From assembly GCF_963921235.1 (NCBI RefSeq), contig NC_086109.1, forward strand, positions 9,674,001 to 9,738,000: 64,000 nucleotides of DNA, given 5' to 3'. Positions 1 through 12,200 of the stretch are shown here, piece after piece (within the stretch, counting starts at the first letter, position 1; each line of letters begins with the position of its first letter). Under the pieces are notes generated by a model, which saw only the letters and a program-made list of their open reading frames with translations, had not been told where the DNA came from and made no database searches. Both the position numbers and the translations under genes were made by a program. The DNA is from Mobula hypostoma (taxonomy: Eukaryota).

Positions 1-235
1 GAGAGCGTGACCTGGGTGGTGGTGGGGGGGTCCTTGATGGTGAATGCTGCTTTCTTATGACAGCACTCCTTGTAGATCTGCTTAGTGATGGGAAGGGCTT
101 TGTCTGCGATCGACTGGGCTGTATCCTCACATCGCTCGAATCATTTCCTCTCCGTGCACACTTCCAAATGTCTTAAACATTTTGACTGAATCTGCCAATA
201 CTATATCCTGTGGCAGCTAATTCCGTATACACTGT

Positions 236-1161
236 TGTCAGGTACCCCGTGACGGGAATAAAGAAACCAGCAGAAATAGAAACCACTTTGGAGTCTCGTA
301 TTGCTATAAACTAATAATATTTATTAGTAACTACGCAATACAGTAATATCAATGTAAGTAAATCACACAGGTTAGCGATGATTATATATAAAAGTAAGTG
401 TGGAATATATATGTATGAAAACCAAGCTTCTTTAAGTCTAGGGGTAAAAAGATACGGTCTTACGATGTTGAGTAAAGTTCAGTTCAGTTCGTGGTATTTA
501 GTTGAGTAGTGATGGAGAGAGAGAGAGTGAGTCGAGTCTTCAGGTGAGCTGATGCCGTTGATCTTCTCGTCGTCCTCTGAGATCCTTTACAAGTCACCGA
601 CTGTGACTTTAACCAGGGGGACCGGTCTTCTGTGGTGGAGCTATCACCCCGGCAAGGGTGGACACATAGACAACTCCCCACCGGTCAACCCCTTCTCCTT
701 AACCTGGAATAGCAACTTGGATCGATCCATCTGATCGATCATCCAAAACCCACTTTCTCTGCGGGCACAACAATGCTCATTCAGTGTCCAGATCATGTGT
801 CTGAGGTCTGTATCATCTGACCCCCCATTTATTTCACCAGGCTGAGCATCACCTGTCATTCAAAGTGTCCCTCCTTCCTTTATCTGTAAAGGAAATGCAC
901 AAGCAGGCAATAAATCCTTGAAAGTAACATAAACAATCTGCCTTTGGTCACCATAGCAACTTTCGAGCTGTTCGGTGCTGTCTCCAACTCCAAACTCAGT
1001 AAAAATCCAAAGTTACTTCCAATGCCTTAAAGTGACAGTCCAACCGTTGATCTTCGTCTCTCTCTCTCTCTCTTTTCAAAAGCAACATATTGATGGTAAA
1101 TAACTCTGTCTCTCTCTCTTCGAAAGCACAGTTAATAGGGGCACTCCTGGATCCTCTCACA
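236..1161. mobile_element. Solo LTR (LTR retrotransposon/ERV), ~926 bp, inserted in a CR1 remnant
   Basis: Begins TGT at 236 and ends ACA at 1161; flanked by a perfect 4-bp duplication CTGT (232-235, 1162-1165); no internal coding region. Confidence 0.75.
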
Positions 1162-1549
1162 CTGTGTAAAAAACTTGTCCCTCAGTTTCCTTTTAAATCA
1201 TTCCCCTCTCTTCTTAAAACGTATTCCCTCTAGTTTTAGACTCCTCTACCGTGGAATAAGACTGTGACCATCCACCTTATGTAAGCACCTCATGATTTTA
1301 TTTACCTTTATCAGGTGACAGGTCAGCCTCCTTTGATTTAGTCTTTCCTTATAACTAAAGCTGTCCAGTCCCAGAACCACCCCAGTGAATCTTTTCCGCA
1401 CCCTCCCCAGTTTAATGACGCCCTTCCTATAACTGGGATAGACTGACATTGTTCTGAGGTCTAACGGGCCAAAAAGCCTCCTTCTCTGTCACAATGAAAT
1501 ATTAAATGTGGTCAGATCTGAACACATTCCAGACCAAACACCAGCTAGC

Positions 1550-1812
1550 CACCTCTAGGAACTCTGTCGTGGATGGTCCCAAACCCGGCTACGGAAGGAC
1601 GAGGGTCGATCACAGGGCTGGCAACCCCATCCCGTTAAAACCCAGAGCTACAGCAGTGTTAACAGAAGCTCCAAGGACCTTGTCCCTGGGAGAGGAGGAT
1701 CATTCAGGATGGGCTGCACCTGGGGGACATTATGACGTACTGGCCCAGGACAGAGAGCTCTGGTGAGCTGCTGTCAATGGCCAATGCCCCAGGAGGAGTG
1801 ATGGACTAAGAA
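1550..1812 (+). mobile_element. RTE-derived short bipartite element (RTE 5' region joined to RTE 3' end)
   Basis: GGTCCCAAACCCGG...GGCAACCCCATCCCGTTAAAA resembles RTE 5' regions. The downstream part encodes an LAQDRELW-like RTE ORF end and finishes TAAGAAG. Recognised by eye. Confidence 0.45.
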
Positions 1813-1862
1813 GGAGCCCCTCCTTCAAGGTTTCTGTTGAGGAAGATAAAACATTGTTTGAT

Positions 1863-2395
1863 GCAACACACACACAAAATGCTGGAGGAACTCAGCAGGC
1901 CAGGCAGCATCTGTGGAAAAGAGTACAGTTGATGCTTTGGGCCGAGACCCTTCTTCAGGACTGGAAAGGAAGGGGAGAAGTCAGAATAAGGGGGTGGAAG
2001 AAGTACAAAGTGGCCGGTGATAGGTGAAACCAGGAGAGAGGAGGGGGTGAAGTAAAGAGTGGGGAAGTTCATTGGTGAAAGAGGTAAAGGGCTGGAGAAG
2101 GGGGAATGTGATAGGAGAGAACAGAAGGACATGGAAGAAAGGGAAGGGGGAGGAGCACCAGAGGGAGGTGATGGGCAGGTATGGGGATAAGGTGAGGGAA
2201 ACAGGAATGGGGAATGGTGAGGGGGAGGGGGTAATTACTGGAAGTCAGATAAATCGATGTTCATGCCATCAGGATTGGAGTCTACCAAGATAGAATATAA
2301 GGTGTTGCTCATCAACATGAGTGTGGCCTCATCGTGGCAGTAGAGGAGGCTATGGACTGACATGTCAGAATAGTAATGGGAAGTAGAATTAAAAC
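1863..2395 (-). mobile_element. Penelope-like element terminal fragment (degenerate hammerhead, GIY-YIG tail)
   Basis: Same layout as the better-preserved copies at 49655-50356 and 57937-58720; the ribozyme core is damaged. Confidence 0.7.
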
Positions 2396-2482
2396 CTGCC
2401 TGATTCAATATGAGACAAGTTAATACAATTCTATATTAATTACCTGTGAAATAACTGAGGGTATTCTAGATGACTGTATAAA

Positions 2483-3036
2483 CACACAGTGGTCACTTTA
2501 TTGTATAGCTGTTGTAATGAGTGGTAATTTGAGTTAATACAAACATCTCATCAGCCAGTGGCAACAATGCATTAAAGCAAGCAAGACATTCAGTTGTTGT
2601 TCAGCCCAAATATCAGAATAGACAAGAAATATGATCTAAGTGACTTTGACCATGAAATGTTAGTTGGTACCAGATGGGGTGGTTTGAGTAGCTCAGAAAC
2701 TGCTGATCTTCTGGGATTTTCACACACAGCAGAATCTAGAGTTTACAGAGGATGGTGCAAGAAACAACAAAAAAAAACAAGTGAACAGCTGTTCTGTGGG
2801 TGGAAACGCCTTGTTAATGAGAGAGATCAGAGGAGAATGGGCGGACTGGTAGGAGGGTGACAATAACTCAAATAACCATGTGTCACAACAGTGGTGTGCA
2901 GAAGAACATCTCTGAATGCACAGGACATCGAACCTTGAAGTGGATGGACGACAGCAGCAGAAGATCACACCAGATTCCACTGCTGTGGCTACTTTATTAT
3001 GAACGCTCCTCTATCTACTAAAGTGGCCACTGAGTG
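2483..3036 (+). mobile_element. Non-autonomous Tc1/mariner derivative retaining only the transposase N-terminal DNA-binding region
   Basis: TIR-like ends CACACAGTGGTCACTTTA / TAAAGTGGCCACTGAGTG followed by TA; ORF 2594-2860 reads KKYDLSDFDHEMLVGTRWGGLSSSETADLLGFS, a paired-like HTH. Confidence 0.8.
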
Positions 3037-3637
3037 TATTTCACATTTGTGGAAAATCTCTGCGCCTGCTTCCCCATGTATGATCCATTCCTTACCAGTT
3101 GTACGTGTAATGTTCAGTTCCCTCCTCGGTGAGATGTAGTCCATCATCTGCTTTAGGAACTTCCTTCCAGCTTCCAAGTCATACTTACTGTTAGAGTACC
3201 ATGTCATGGTTGACTGCGCGAGAGAAAAGGGTCACCGATAGGTTTGAAAGGGTACAGAGAGAAGTTACAAGAACGTTGCCAGGACTTGAGGACCACAGTT
3301 ACAGAGAAAGGTTTATGTTAGGACTTTATTCCCCAGAGTGCATGATAACAAGGGGAGATCTCATAGAGATAAACAAATTCATGTGGGGTACAGATAGGGT
3401 AAATACATACAGGCATTTTCCCCTTTGGGTGGGTGAAACGAGAGATGATGTCATAGGTTTGTGTTGAAAAAGGGAACTTCTTTACACAGGGAGTGGTGAG
3501 AGTGTGGAACGAGTTGCCAGCAAAAGTAGTAGATGAGGGATCAATTGCACCATTTAAGAGAAGCTTGGAGAAGCAGATGTATTGCAGGGTATGGAGGACT
3601 ACAGATATAGTCTCTAACCATTGTTGTGTTTTCGCAG

Positions 3638-3736
3638 ATGGCCATTGATTGTGGCAGTTTGTTCAACATGCCTGATGTGACCTTCATAATAGGGGGAGTT
3701 GAGTATACCCTTCCTCCTGAGGCCTACGTACTTCAG
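3638..3736 (+). CDS. CTSE: Pepsin-family (A1) aspartic protease, penultimate exon; probably cathepsin E
   Basis: Acceptor TTTTCGCAG, donor CAG|GTAGGT; 99-nt phase-0 exon encoding MAIDCGSLFNMPDVTFIIGGVEYTLPPEAYVLQ, matching exon 8 of vertebrate aspartic proteases. The CTSE call relies partly on adjacency to RAB7B. Confidence 0.8.
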
Positions 3737-4479
3737 GTAGGTGAATGTTTCTTGCCAAGAAGAGTGACCTCTGACTTAACAGAGAATTGGAGTTCTAATA
3801 TTGTATAGAACATTAGCAGTACTTTACTTTATTGTTGCCAAACAATTGATACTAGAGCGTACAATCATCAGTACTACACAAGTGCCAGTGCAAAGGAAAA
3901 CAACACATGTAAACTGATTTAATATTGAGGCCCAAAGCAAACTTGAGCAAAATCACTTCATCTTCCATCTAGGCCCAAGGTCTCCTTTTAGAGCAGGAGT
4001 TCCCAACCCTGTTTTTAATGCCATGGACCCCTACACTTAACCAAGGGATCTGTGGACCTCAGGCTGGGAATCCCCGGTCTAGACACAAAATCTGCAGCTT
4101 CAGCTAACCCACTTTCTCTGCCTGAATCAGATCCAGTCATATATTGGTAAAGTTTAAAAAAAATAATGAAGCATGTGAAATGTGTCATTTGTGTCATCAT
4201 CTGCAATGTGCTAGGGGTAGCTGCTGCCATGCTTCCAGTGCCAACATAGCATACCCACAATTTACTAACCCTAACTCGTACATCTTTTTTTTGGAATGTG
4301 GGAAGTAACCGGAGCACCAGGAGGAAACCTATGTGCTCACAGGGAGAACGTACAAACTTTTTATAGCTAGTGGGAATTTGTGATGGTTTTGGGTTTTCTG
4401 ACTGCAAAGTTCTAAACTCAAATGAAGGTCTTAAGCCATATCTGACAGAGACAGCTATAGGTACACTCACCAAAAGGTG

Positions 4480-4800
4480 GTTATACTTTAGTCACCTACT
4501 CTTCAAAGACTAGTTCACTTCCCTGTTTATCCCCCACTATGAGTGTAGCTGCCAATACCCACTATCTGAGCAGTGGGTCCCCCCCTCCCTACCAAGGAGG
4601 AGATACTTACAGCTAACAAAGTAGCTTAAATACAGTTTATTTATTTTTAGTCATATGCGTTTAAATTTAAATAAGAGTCTTAAAACACATTTAAAACTCA
4701 CAGGAGTTTTCGATCTGATAAAAGATTTCCAAATTACAAATGATTTCTAAAACACAAATGATTTCCAAAACACAGGTATAATTCCTAGAAGCTAAAAGGA
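4480..4800. repeat. Unclassified interspersed repeat; diverged inverted copy at ~33340-33660
   Basis: Shared blocks CACCTACT(C/T)TTCAA, CTTCCCTGT, TAGCTGCCAATACC, GAGGAGATAC and TTTCCAAATTACAAA occur in the same order on opposite strands. Confidence 0.55.
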
Positions 4801-5442
4801 CATATTTAGAAGCTGCAGATGAACAAACTGTCTTTTGCAGAAATTGAAGGCAGCCTCTGTCACAGTTTTCACCCTGACTCTATCTATCAATCAACCACTC
4901 CTCACCTGGATCCACCAATCACCTGATGTTCTTGTCCCCACCCGCTCCACCCTCCCCTTCACCACTCTATACTGGCCGCATCCCCACTACTCTGCCAGTC
5001 CAGTCCTGAGATTGTGCCTGGCCATTTCCTACCACACAAGCTGACCTCGAACTGCTTGACCCACTGAGATCTTCTAGCAGTTTCTTTCCTCTGTCCGGTG
5101 GACACGAACAAACCAGTGAAAGAATCAGTTCATTTCGGGCCACGTAGGTCCATCAAATAATTCCTTAAAACCGGATTGGTTGGTCATAGGATCAGTGATG
5201 CCTATGAGAACTTGCCGTAGGAGGATGGTAGACAGGAGGAGGATATTTAGTATAAATTGGCATTAAGATTGGCACAACATTGTGCACCGAATGACCTGCC
5301 CAGTGCTGCACTGTTACAGTATATGTGGAAATAATTTGGAAAATGTGTAGCTTGGGTGGTTGATGGCTGGGTTGAATTTTTCCATGTCCTGTGTATTAAA
5401 TTTGTTTGAAATACAACCTTGTGGCTAAGTATGACTCATTAA

Positions 5443-5628
<186 letters not shown>

Positions 5629-7459
5629 CGATGAGTCAGAATCAGGCTTATTATCACTCATATATGTTGTGAAATGTCTCGTTTTGCATCACTTCCTCAG
5701 CCACAGGAATACTGTTATACTGTTGATTGGTTGATTGGAACCTGATCTGTTATAGCGTGTCTTTCTATTTTTTTAAATAACTTTAGAAATTTTCTATCTT
5801 CAGACATTTAATGGAGCCTTCTATTGTTTTTCGGTTATGTGCCGTGTCGTATGATGTGGGTGATTATGGTCTTTCTATGACCTTGATTTTTCTTGGCAAG
5901 GAGCTTCTATCAAAGGCTATTTTTAGATAGGCAATGGGTAAGAGGTGTTTATGGGAATATGGGCTAATAGAAGCAGGTAGGACTAGTTTGGTGGGTCCAT
6001 GGTCAGCATGGAGAAGTTGGGCCAAAAGGCCTGTTACTGTGTTGTATCAGTCTGTGAATCTTCTGCAATCCTGTACTGCAGTATTTAAAACTAATGCCAA
6101 AAACCTTTGGATTATAGATGGTGATGAAGCTGGAGTTTTATTGAAAAAATGTCAGGCCACAATTATGCCTGCCAATACTGGAGAAACCTTGGTAATGGAG
6201 GCTTTTAAACAGTCCTAGCAATGACCCTTTAACCAACCATATAAAAACCTTTTAAAAGAGACATGGAAAAGTTTAGAGGGGTATAGGCCACTGCAGGCAA
6301 ATGGGTCTAACTCAGTTTGACAACATGGTTGGAATAAGTGTGTCGGGTCGAAGGGCCTGTTTCTGTGCTGGGTAGCTCTATGGCTTTATGACTGCTCTGC
6401 AAGGTTGTGGCTCAGTCACATATGAGTCAGAATGGTTATGGGTTCAAGTCTTACCTAGAGACTTAAGTGCAGAATTTCGAACGATGGTCTGGTACAGCAT
6501 TAAGGGAGTCCTGGGCTGTTGGCGGAATTCTCCCCTGGATGTGACATTAAAGAGGAACCCTGTCCGCTCTCTCCCTCTCTCTCATCTATGTGAAAATCTG
6601 CCTCTGTGCAATGAATCATTCACAATTATATCCCCAGGGTCTTTTGTAATTTCCTGAGTAACATTCGAAATAAACATTAAATATTAAATCTGAATCTGTC
6701 TGTGCCCTTGGGTTGATTCAAACTTTATATCTCAAAAACTGAAAATACACAGTCGATGCCATATTTCATCTCAATTCTAGTACGTTGTAACTGGAAACGT
6801 AATCTATTTTGCACTCTCCTCTATCTAGCTAGCCTTGTGGAGAACTGCCAAAATAACTGGCATTCTTTTTGAAATAAACTCACTCATTCCCAGGTTTTGG
6901 CATGATTCAACATGACAGAAACCATTCCGGTAAATTCAACAAATGGTTTGTAAACATGTAACTGCATTGTGTAAAATGAGTGCTTGTTAAAACAAATTGG
7001 TCAATGCAAAAAGTTTGGAATTTCTTTGATTCTTAACCTGCATTTCAACAAAATAAATCCGACTGAGATCCAAAAATATGGAAACAGACGTTTCTCCAAT
7101 CACTTCATAATTTTTTCTTTACCTAAAGATACAGCAGGGACTGTTCCCACCCTTTCAATTTGTCATACCAGACAGAATGCCACCAGTTAGATTACCTTCA
7201 ACAGTTAAGTCAAACATGAGAGATTTGGCAGATGCTGGAAATCCAAAGCAACACACACAAAATGTTGCAGGAACTCGGCAGCATCTGTGGAAGTGAAAAA
7301 ATGGTCGAGGATCTTGGGCCTAGACCCTTCTTCAGGACACTTTCTTCTGTGCATTTCAGCAGTAAATCTGTAGAAGTTGGTTAGATTTTTTGTGACACAC
7401 CAAACCTCCTTACCCTAAGAATGTAAAGACGCTGGTGTGCTTTTCTCGTATGCCTCTTA

Positions 7460-9180
7460 TAGAGTCATAGAAAAGTACAGCACAGAAGCAGGCTTTTCAG
7501 CCCATCTAGTCTGTGCCAAACCATCTAAACTGCCTCCTCCCATCGACTGGCACCTGGACCATAGCCCTCCTTAACCCTACCATCCATGTACTTACCCAAA
7601 CTTCTCTTAGACGGTGAAATCAAGCTTGCAAGCACTGCTTGCATACTCTCATGACCCTCTGAGTGAAGATTTCTCCTCATGTTCCCCTTAAACTTTTCAT
7701 CTTTCACCCTTAATCCATGACCTCTAGTTCTAGTCCCACCCAATCTCAGTGGGAAAAGTCTGCTTATATTTGCCCTGTCTACACCCCTCATAATTTTGTT
7801 TACCTCTATCAAATCTCCCCTCAATCTTCTATACCACGAGGAGTAAAGTCCTAACCTATTGGACAGGACTTTATTCCTACTATCAGACTTCCTGCTTCCT
7901 ATTTCTGGCCTCACTAGCACGTGACATGGGTAGCAGCCCTGGAGGTCCTGCCCTTTAACTTGCACCTATCTCCCTGAACTCCCTTTGCAGAACCTCGTCA
8001 CTCTTCTTACCTACATCATTGGTATCCGCATGGACCACAATCTCTGGCTGCTCACTCTCCCACTTAAGAATGTTGAGGACTCGATCTGAGATGTCCCAGA
8101 CCCTGGCACCCGAGAGGCAACATGCCATTCGAAATCTCGTTCTCATCCTCAGAACCTCCTTCCTGTTCCCCTAACTAATGAACCTCCTATCACTACAGCT
8201 CACCTCTTCTCCCCACCTTCCTTTCAGAGTCATACAGCCAGTCTCGGTGCCAGAGACCCAACTACTGTGACCTTTCCCTGTTAGGTCATCCGCTCCCAAC
8301 AATATCCAAAGTGTTATACCTGTTGTTGAGGGGGATGGCCATGGGGCTACTCTTAACCCATTTCCCCTTCCTGGCTATCATCCAATTTCCTGTCTCATGC
8401 CCCTTGTGTGTAACTACCTCTCTATGTGTCCTATCTATCACCCCTGTCAGCCACCCAAATGATCTGGAGTTCATCCTGTGGTGATATTACGTGCAATGAT
8501 GTGCCAGTACATGATTGGACAGAGCACTGAGCGTGCGCGGGATTGCCAGAATGTTCCAGCACGTGGCTGGGTTAAGACGTGTTTGTTTATTACTGTAAAT
8601 AAAAGTTCTCTAATTCTTCCAACAATATGTTTCTTTACCGTTACACACACAACACGCTGGAGGAACACAGCAGGTTGGGCAGCATTCTTTACTGTTAACC
8701 CACGGCACGTTTAAACAGAAGTAACATAACACATCCTGTTCCAGTTCCAGCTCCTTAAAGTGGAGTTTTAGAAGCAGCAGCTGGATGGACTTCTCACAGG
8801 TGTAGTCGTCAGGGACACTGGAGGTCTCCCTGCCTTCCCACATCCCGCAAGAGGAGTATTTATCTATCCTGCTGGCAAACCTACTGTCCTAACTGAGCAG
8901 ATATAAAACAGAGAAAAAACAGTATGTATACTGTGGGGAAAAATATCTACCTACAGCCTTCTCTCACTCAAGCCTTGAAGAGCTGGAGCCCCAAAACCTG
9001 CACTCTAACACTGTCCGCCTCTGCCTTATATTAATTTGTTCTTGCCAATCAATCCCGATTGCTGATTGGCTGCTGCTCAAAGCACCAAACTGCCCCGAGT
9101 TGATGCCTCATGTACTCAGTCAGGGAACCTGAGTGAGCTACGCCTTCTCACACTTCAGATCTCCGACTGGCCGCTGCTCA
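7460..9180 (-). mobile_element. Degenerate, internally deleted CR1 LINE (ORF1 zinc finger and esterase joined to the ORF2 3' end)
   Basis: ORF pieces MWEGRETSSVPDDYTCEKSIQL (ORF1), CCLSGARVWDISDRV...VVHADTNDVG (SGNH esterase), and RRLRGDLIEVNKIMRG...TRGHGL (ORF2 C-terminus). Confidence 0.75.
8477..8731 (+). mobile_element. Short solo LTR nested in CR1 ORF1, containing a small Penelope-terminus fragment
   Basis: TG...CA ends; 5-bp duplication CATCC (8472-8476, 8732-8736); internal AATAAA; interrupts the ELELEQD|ELQII reading of CR1 ORF1. Confidence 0.7.
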
Positions 9181-9341
9181 AAAAAATGGAGATGAATTCA
9201 GTGATCGTGATACATATCTATCTTCTCAATGTAGATTACCCATCTTTCTCACAAAGCTGCTGTACAGTGGCTATATTTCAGCCTTTCTCCTTTGGTTATA
9301 AAGTGGCCTTGAGACAATGAGAGGCTTTTATTGCATTCAAC

Positions 9342-11811
9342 TGTAATGCCCTGGTTCATATGTTTACTGTTATGCTGTATGTATTAATTTTGACAGTTCT
9401 GTAAGAGCAGTCTGTTCTGTTTTCATGTTTGTTTGGGCTATTGTTGAAGATAAAGATGAGGACAATAGACAATAGGTGCAGGAGTAGGCCATTCAGCCCT
9501 TTGAGTCAGCACCACCATTCACTGTGATCATGGCTGATCATCCACAATCAGCAGCCTTTTCCTGCCTTCTCCCTATATCCCTTCACTCCACTATCTTTAA
9601 GAGCTCTATCTTACTCTTTCTTGAAAGAATCCAGAGAATCGGCCTCCACTGCCTTCTGAGGCAGAGCATTCCACAGAACCACAACTCTCTGTGTGAAAAA
9701 GTTTTTCCGCAACTCCGTTCTAAATTGTCTACCCCTTATTCTTAAATTGTGGCCTCTGGTTCTGGACTCCCCCAACATCGGCAACATGTTTCCTGCCTCT
9801 AGCATGTCCAATTCATTAATAATCTTATATGTTTCAATCAGATCCCCTCTCATCCTTCTAAATTCCAGCGTATACAATCCCAGTCGCTCCAATCTTTCAA
9901 CATATGACAGTCCCGCCATCCCAGGAATTAACCTCGTGAACCTACGCTGCACTCCCTCAATAGCTAGAATGTCCTTCCTCAAATTTGGAGACCAAAACTG
10001 TACGCAATACTCCAGGTGTGGTCTCACCAGGGCCCTGTACAAGTGCAGAAGCACCTCATTGATCCTATACTCAACTTCCCTTGTTATGAAGGCCAACATG
10101 CCATTAGCTTTCTTCACTGCCTGCTGTACCTGCATGCTTACTTTCAGTGACTGATCTCACCTAGATCTCATTGTACTTCCCCTTTTCCTAACTTGACACC
10201 ATTCACATAGTAATCTACCTTCCTGTTCTTGCCACCAAAGTGGATAACCTCACATTTATCCACATTAAACTGCATCTGCCATGCATCTGCCCACTCACAC
10301 AACCTGTCCAAGTCACCCTGCATTCTCATAACATCCTCCTCACATTTCACACTGCCACACAGCTTTGTGTCATCTGTAAATTTGTTAATGTTACTTTTAA
10401 TCCCTTCATCTAAATCATTAATGTATATTGTAAATAGATGTGGTCCCAGCACCGAGCCTTGCGGTACCCCACTAGTCACTGCCTGCCATTCTGAAAAGGA
10501 CTCATTAATCCTTACTCTTTGTTTCCTGTCTGCCAACCAATTTTCTATCCATGTCAGTACCCTACCCCCAATACTATTTGCTCTAATTTTGTACACTAAC
10601 CTCCTATGTGGGACCTTATCAAAGGCTTTCTGAAAGTCCAGGTACACTACATCCACTGGCTTTCCCATGTCCATTTTCATAGTTACATTCTCAAAAAATT
10701 CCAGAAGATTAGTCAAGCATGATTTCCCCTTCGTAAATCCATGCTGACTTGGACCGATCCTGCCACTGCTATCCAAATATGCCGCTATTTCATCTTTTAT
10801 AATTGATTCCAGCATCTTCCCCACCACTGATGTCAGACTAACTGGTCCATAATTGCCTGTTTTCTCTCTCCCTCCTTTCTTAAAAAGTGGGATAACATTA
10901 ATTACCCTCCAATCCGCAGGAACTGATCCTGAATCTATAGAACATTGGAAAATGATTACCAATGCGTCCACAATTTTAGAGCCACCTTCTTAAGTACCCT
11001 GGGATGCAGACCATCAGGCCCTGGGGATTTATCAGCCTTCAGTCCCATCAGTCTACCCAACACCATTTTCTGCCTGATGTGAATTTCCTTCAGTTACTCT
11101 GTTACCCTAGGTCCTCTGGCCACTATTACATCTGGGAGATTGTTTGCGTCTTCCCTAGTGAAGACAGATCCAAAGTACCTGTTCAGCTCGTCCGCCATTT
11201 CCTTGTTCCCCATAATAATTTCACCCCTTTCTGTCTTCAAGGGCCCAACTTTGGTCTTAGCTAATTTTTTCCTCTTCGCATACCTAGGAGAAATGTGTGC
11301 CATCCAATTAGGATGGTCGAATTAAGGGGAGGTTTCTCTGGTGAGGGACACTAAGATTGGGCTTGGAGAGGAGATGAAGAGAGAAGACGCTGGGGAGAAT
11401 CAGTCGTAGCATACAATCTGGTGGGAGACCCGTTTGCTCGAGATGGATTGCGAGTGACGTTCAGAAGGTGGTGTGGCTGTTCACACTGACCGAGGGTCCA
11501 GCATGTGAGTGATAGAGAAGTGCAAGATGAGCTCCAACTTGTGCACATTTGACTGTTAAATAGAATGGGCCCTTTTCTTTTTGTTATTCTTCACTAACCT
11601 TTTAGTTAAGGTAAGATTCATAAATATAATTCTTTTAATCGTATGTGGTGTACTGTGTGTTGTTTCGTGGCACTAACAGGGTAGCAAATGACACAGCATC
11701 CACACAAACCGGGGTTTGGGGTGGGATCGAGCCATCTCAGTCTCACGAGTTTGGCAGGACTTGAGCGTGTCTTCCCTAGACTTACACAGCCAAGGAAACC
11801 AGGGTGTTTCA
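9342..11811 (+). mobile_element. Solo LTR split by a CR1 insertion (LTR parts ~9342-9460 and ~11285-11811)
   Basis: Ends TGTAATGCCCTGG / CCAGGGTGTTTCA form an imperfect inverted repeat; 4-bp duplication CAAC (9338-9341, 11812-11815). A related LTR lies inverted at ~52062-52560. Confidence 0.65.
9461..11281 (-). mobile_element. 5'-truncated young CR1 LINE with reverse transcriptase domain (ORF2 broken into 11094-11303, 10168-10971, 9611-10135)
   Basis: RT motifs QHGFTKGKSCLTNL, YLDFQKAFDKVPH, GVPQGSVLGP, FTDD; CR1 C-terminus LVRPHLEYCVQFW...TRGHNL; 3' UTR and short tail repeat near 9461. Confidence 0.92.
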
Positions 11812-11829
11812 CAACGTTGTGGACTTCAG

Positions 11830-12200
11830 GAAGGGGAGGTCGATGGAACACTCAGTGTGAGCAGTTTCAAGTTCCTGGGTGTCAACGTCTCTGAAGATCT
11901 ATGCTGGGCCCAACATATTGATGCAATTACAAAGAAGGCGCAGCAGTGGCTATATTTCATTAGGAGTTTGAGGAGTCTTGGTATGTTAGCAAAGGCGCTG
12001 GCAAATTTCTACAGACGTACTGTAGAGTGCATTCTAATTGGTTGCATCACCATCTGGTATGGAGGGGCCACTGCACAGGATCAGAAAAATTTGAAAAATT
12101 CAGCCAGCTCCATCATGGGCACCAGCCTCCCCAGCATTCAGGACATCTTCAAATGGTGAAGCTTCAAAAAGGCAGCATCCATCATTACGGACCCCCATCA
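11830..12200 (+). mobile_element. Degenerate Rex1/Babar-type LINE 3' fragment (relatives at ~13070-13265, 27300-28250, 45375-46010, 47075-47360)
   Basis: ORF 11716-12159 contains FKFLGVNVSEDLCWAQHIDAITKKAQQWLYFIRSL...NFYRRTVECILIGCITIWYG. Confidence 0.75.

Noticed and set aside
2989..3207. Minus-strand ORF KYDLEAGRKFLKQMMDYISPRRELNITRTT as a nested antisense exon
   Set aside because: It has a GTAAG donor but a poor polypyrimidine tract, no recognisable family, and no phase-compatible partner exon.
1..3637. Upstream protease exon with the second catalytic DTG motif
   Set aside because: Not found by eye; this stretch is almost all repeats, so earlier exons probably lie before the window.
9693..10633. 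Plus-strand ORFs of 153 and 134 aa
   Set aside because: Antisense shadows of the CR1 RT frame.
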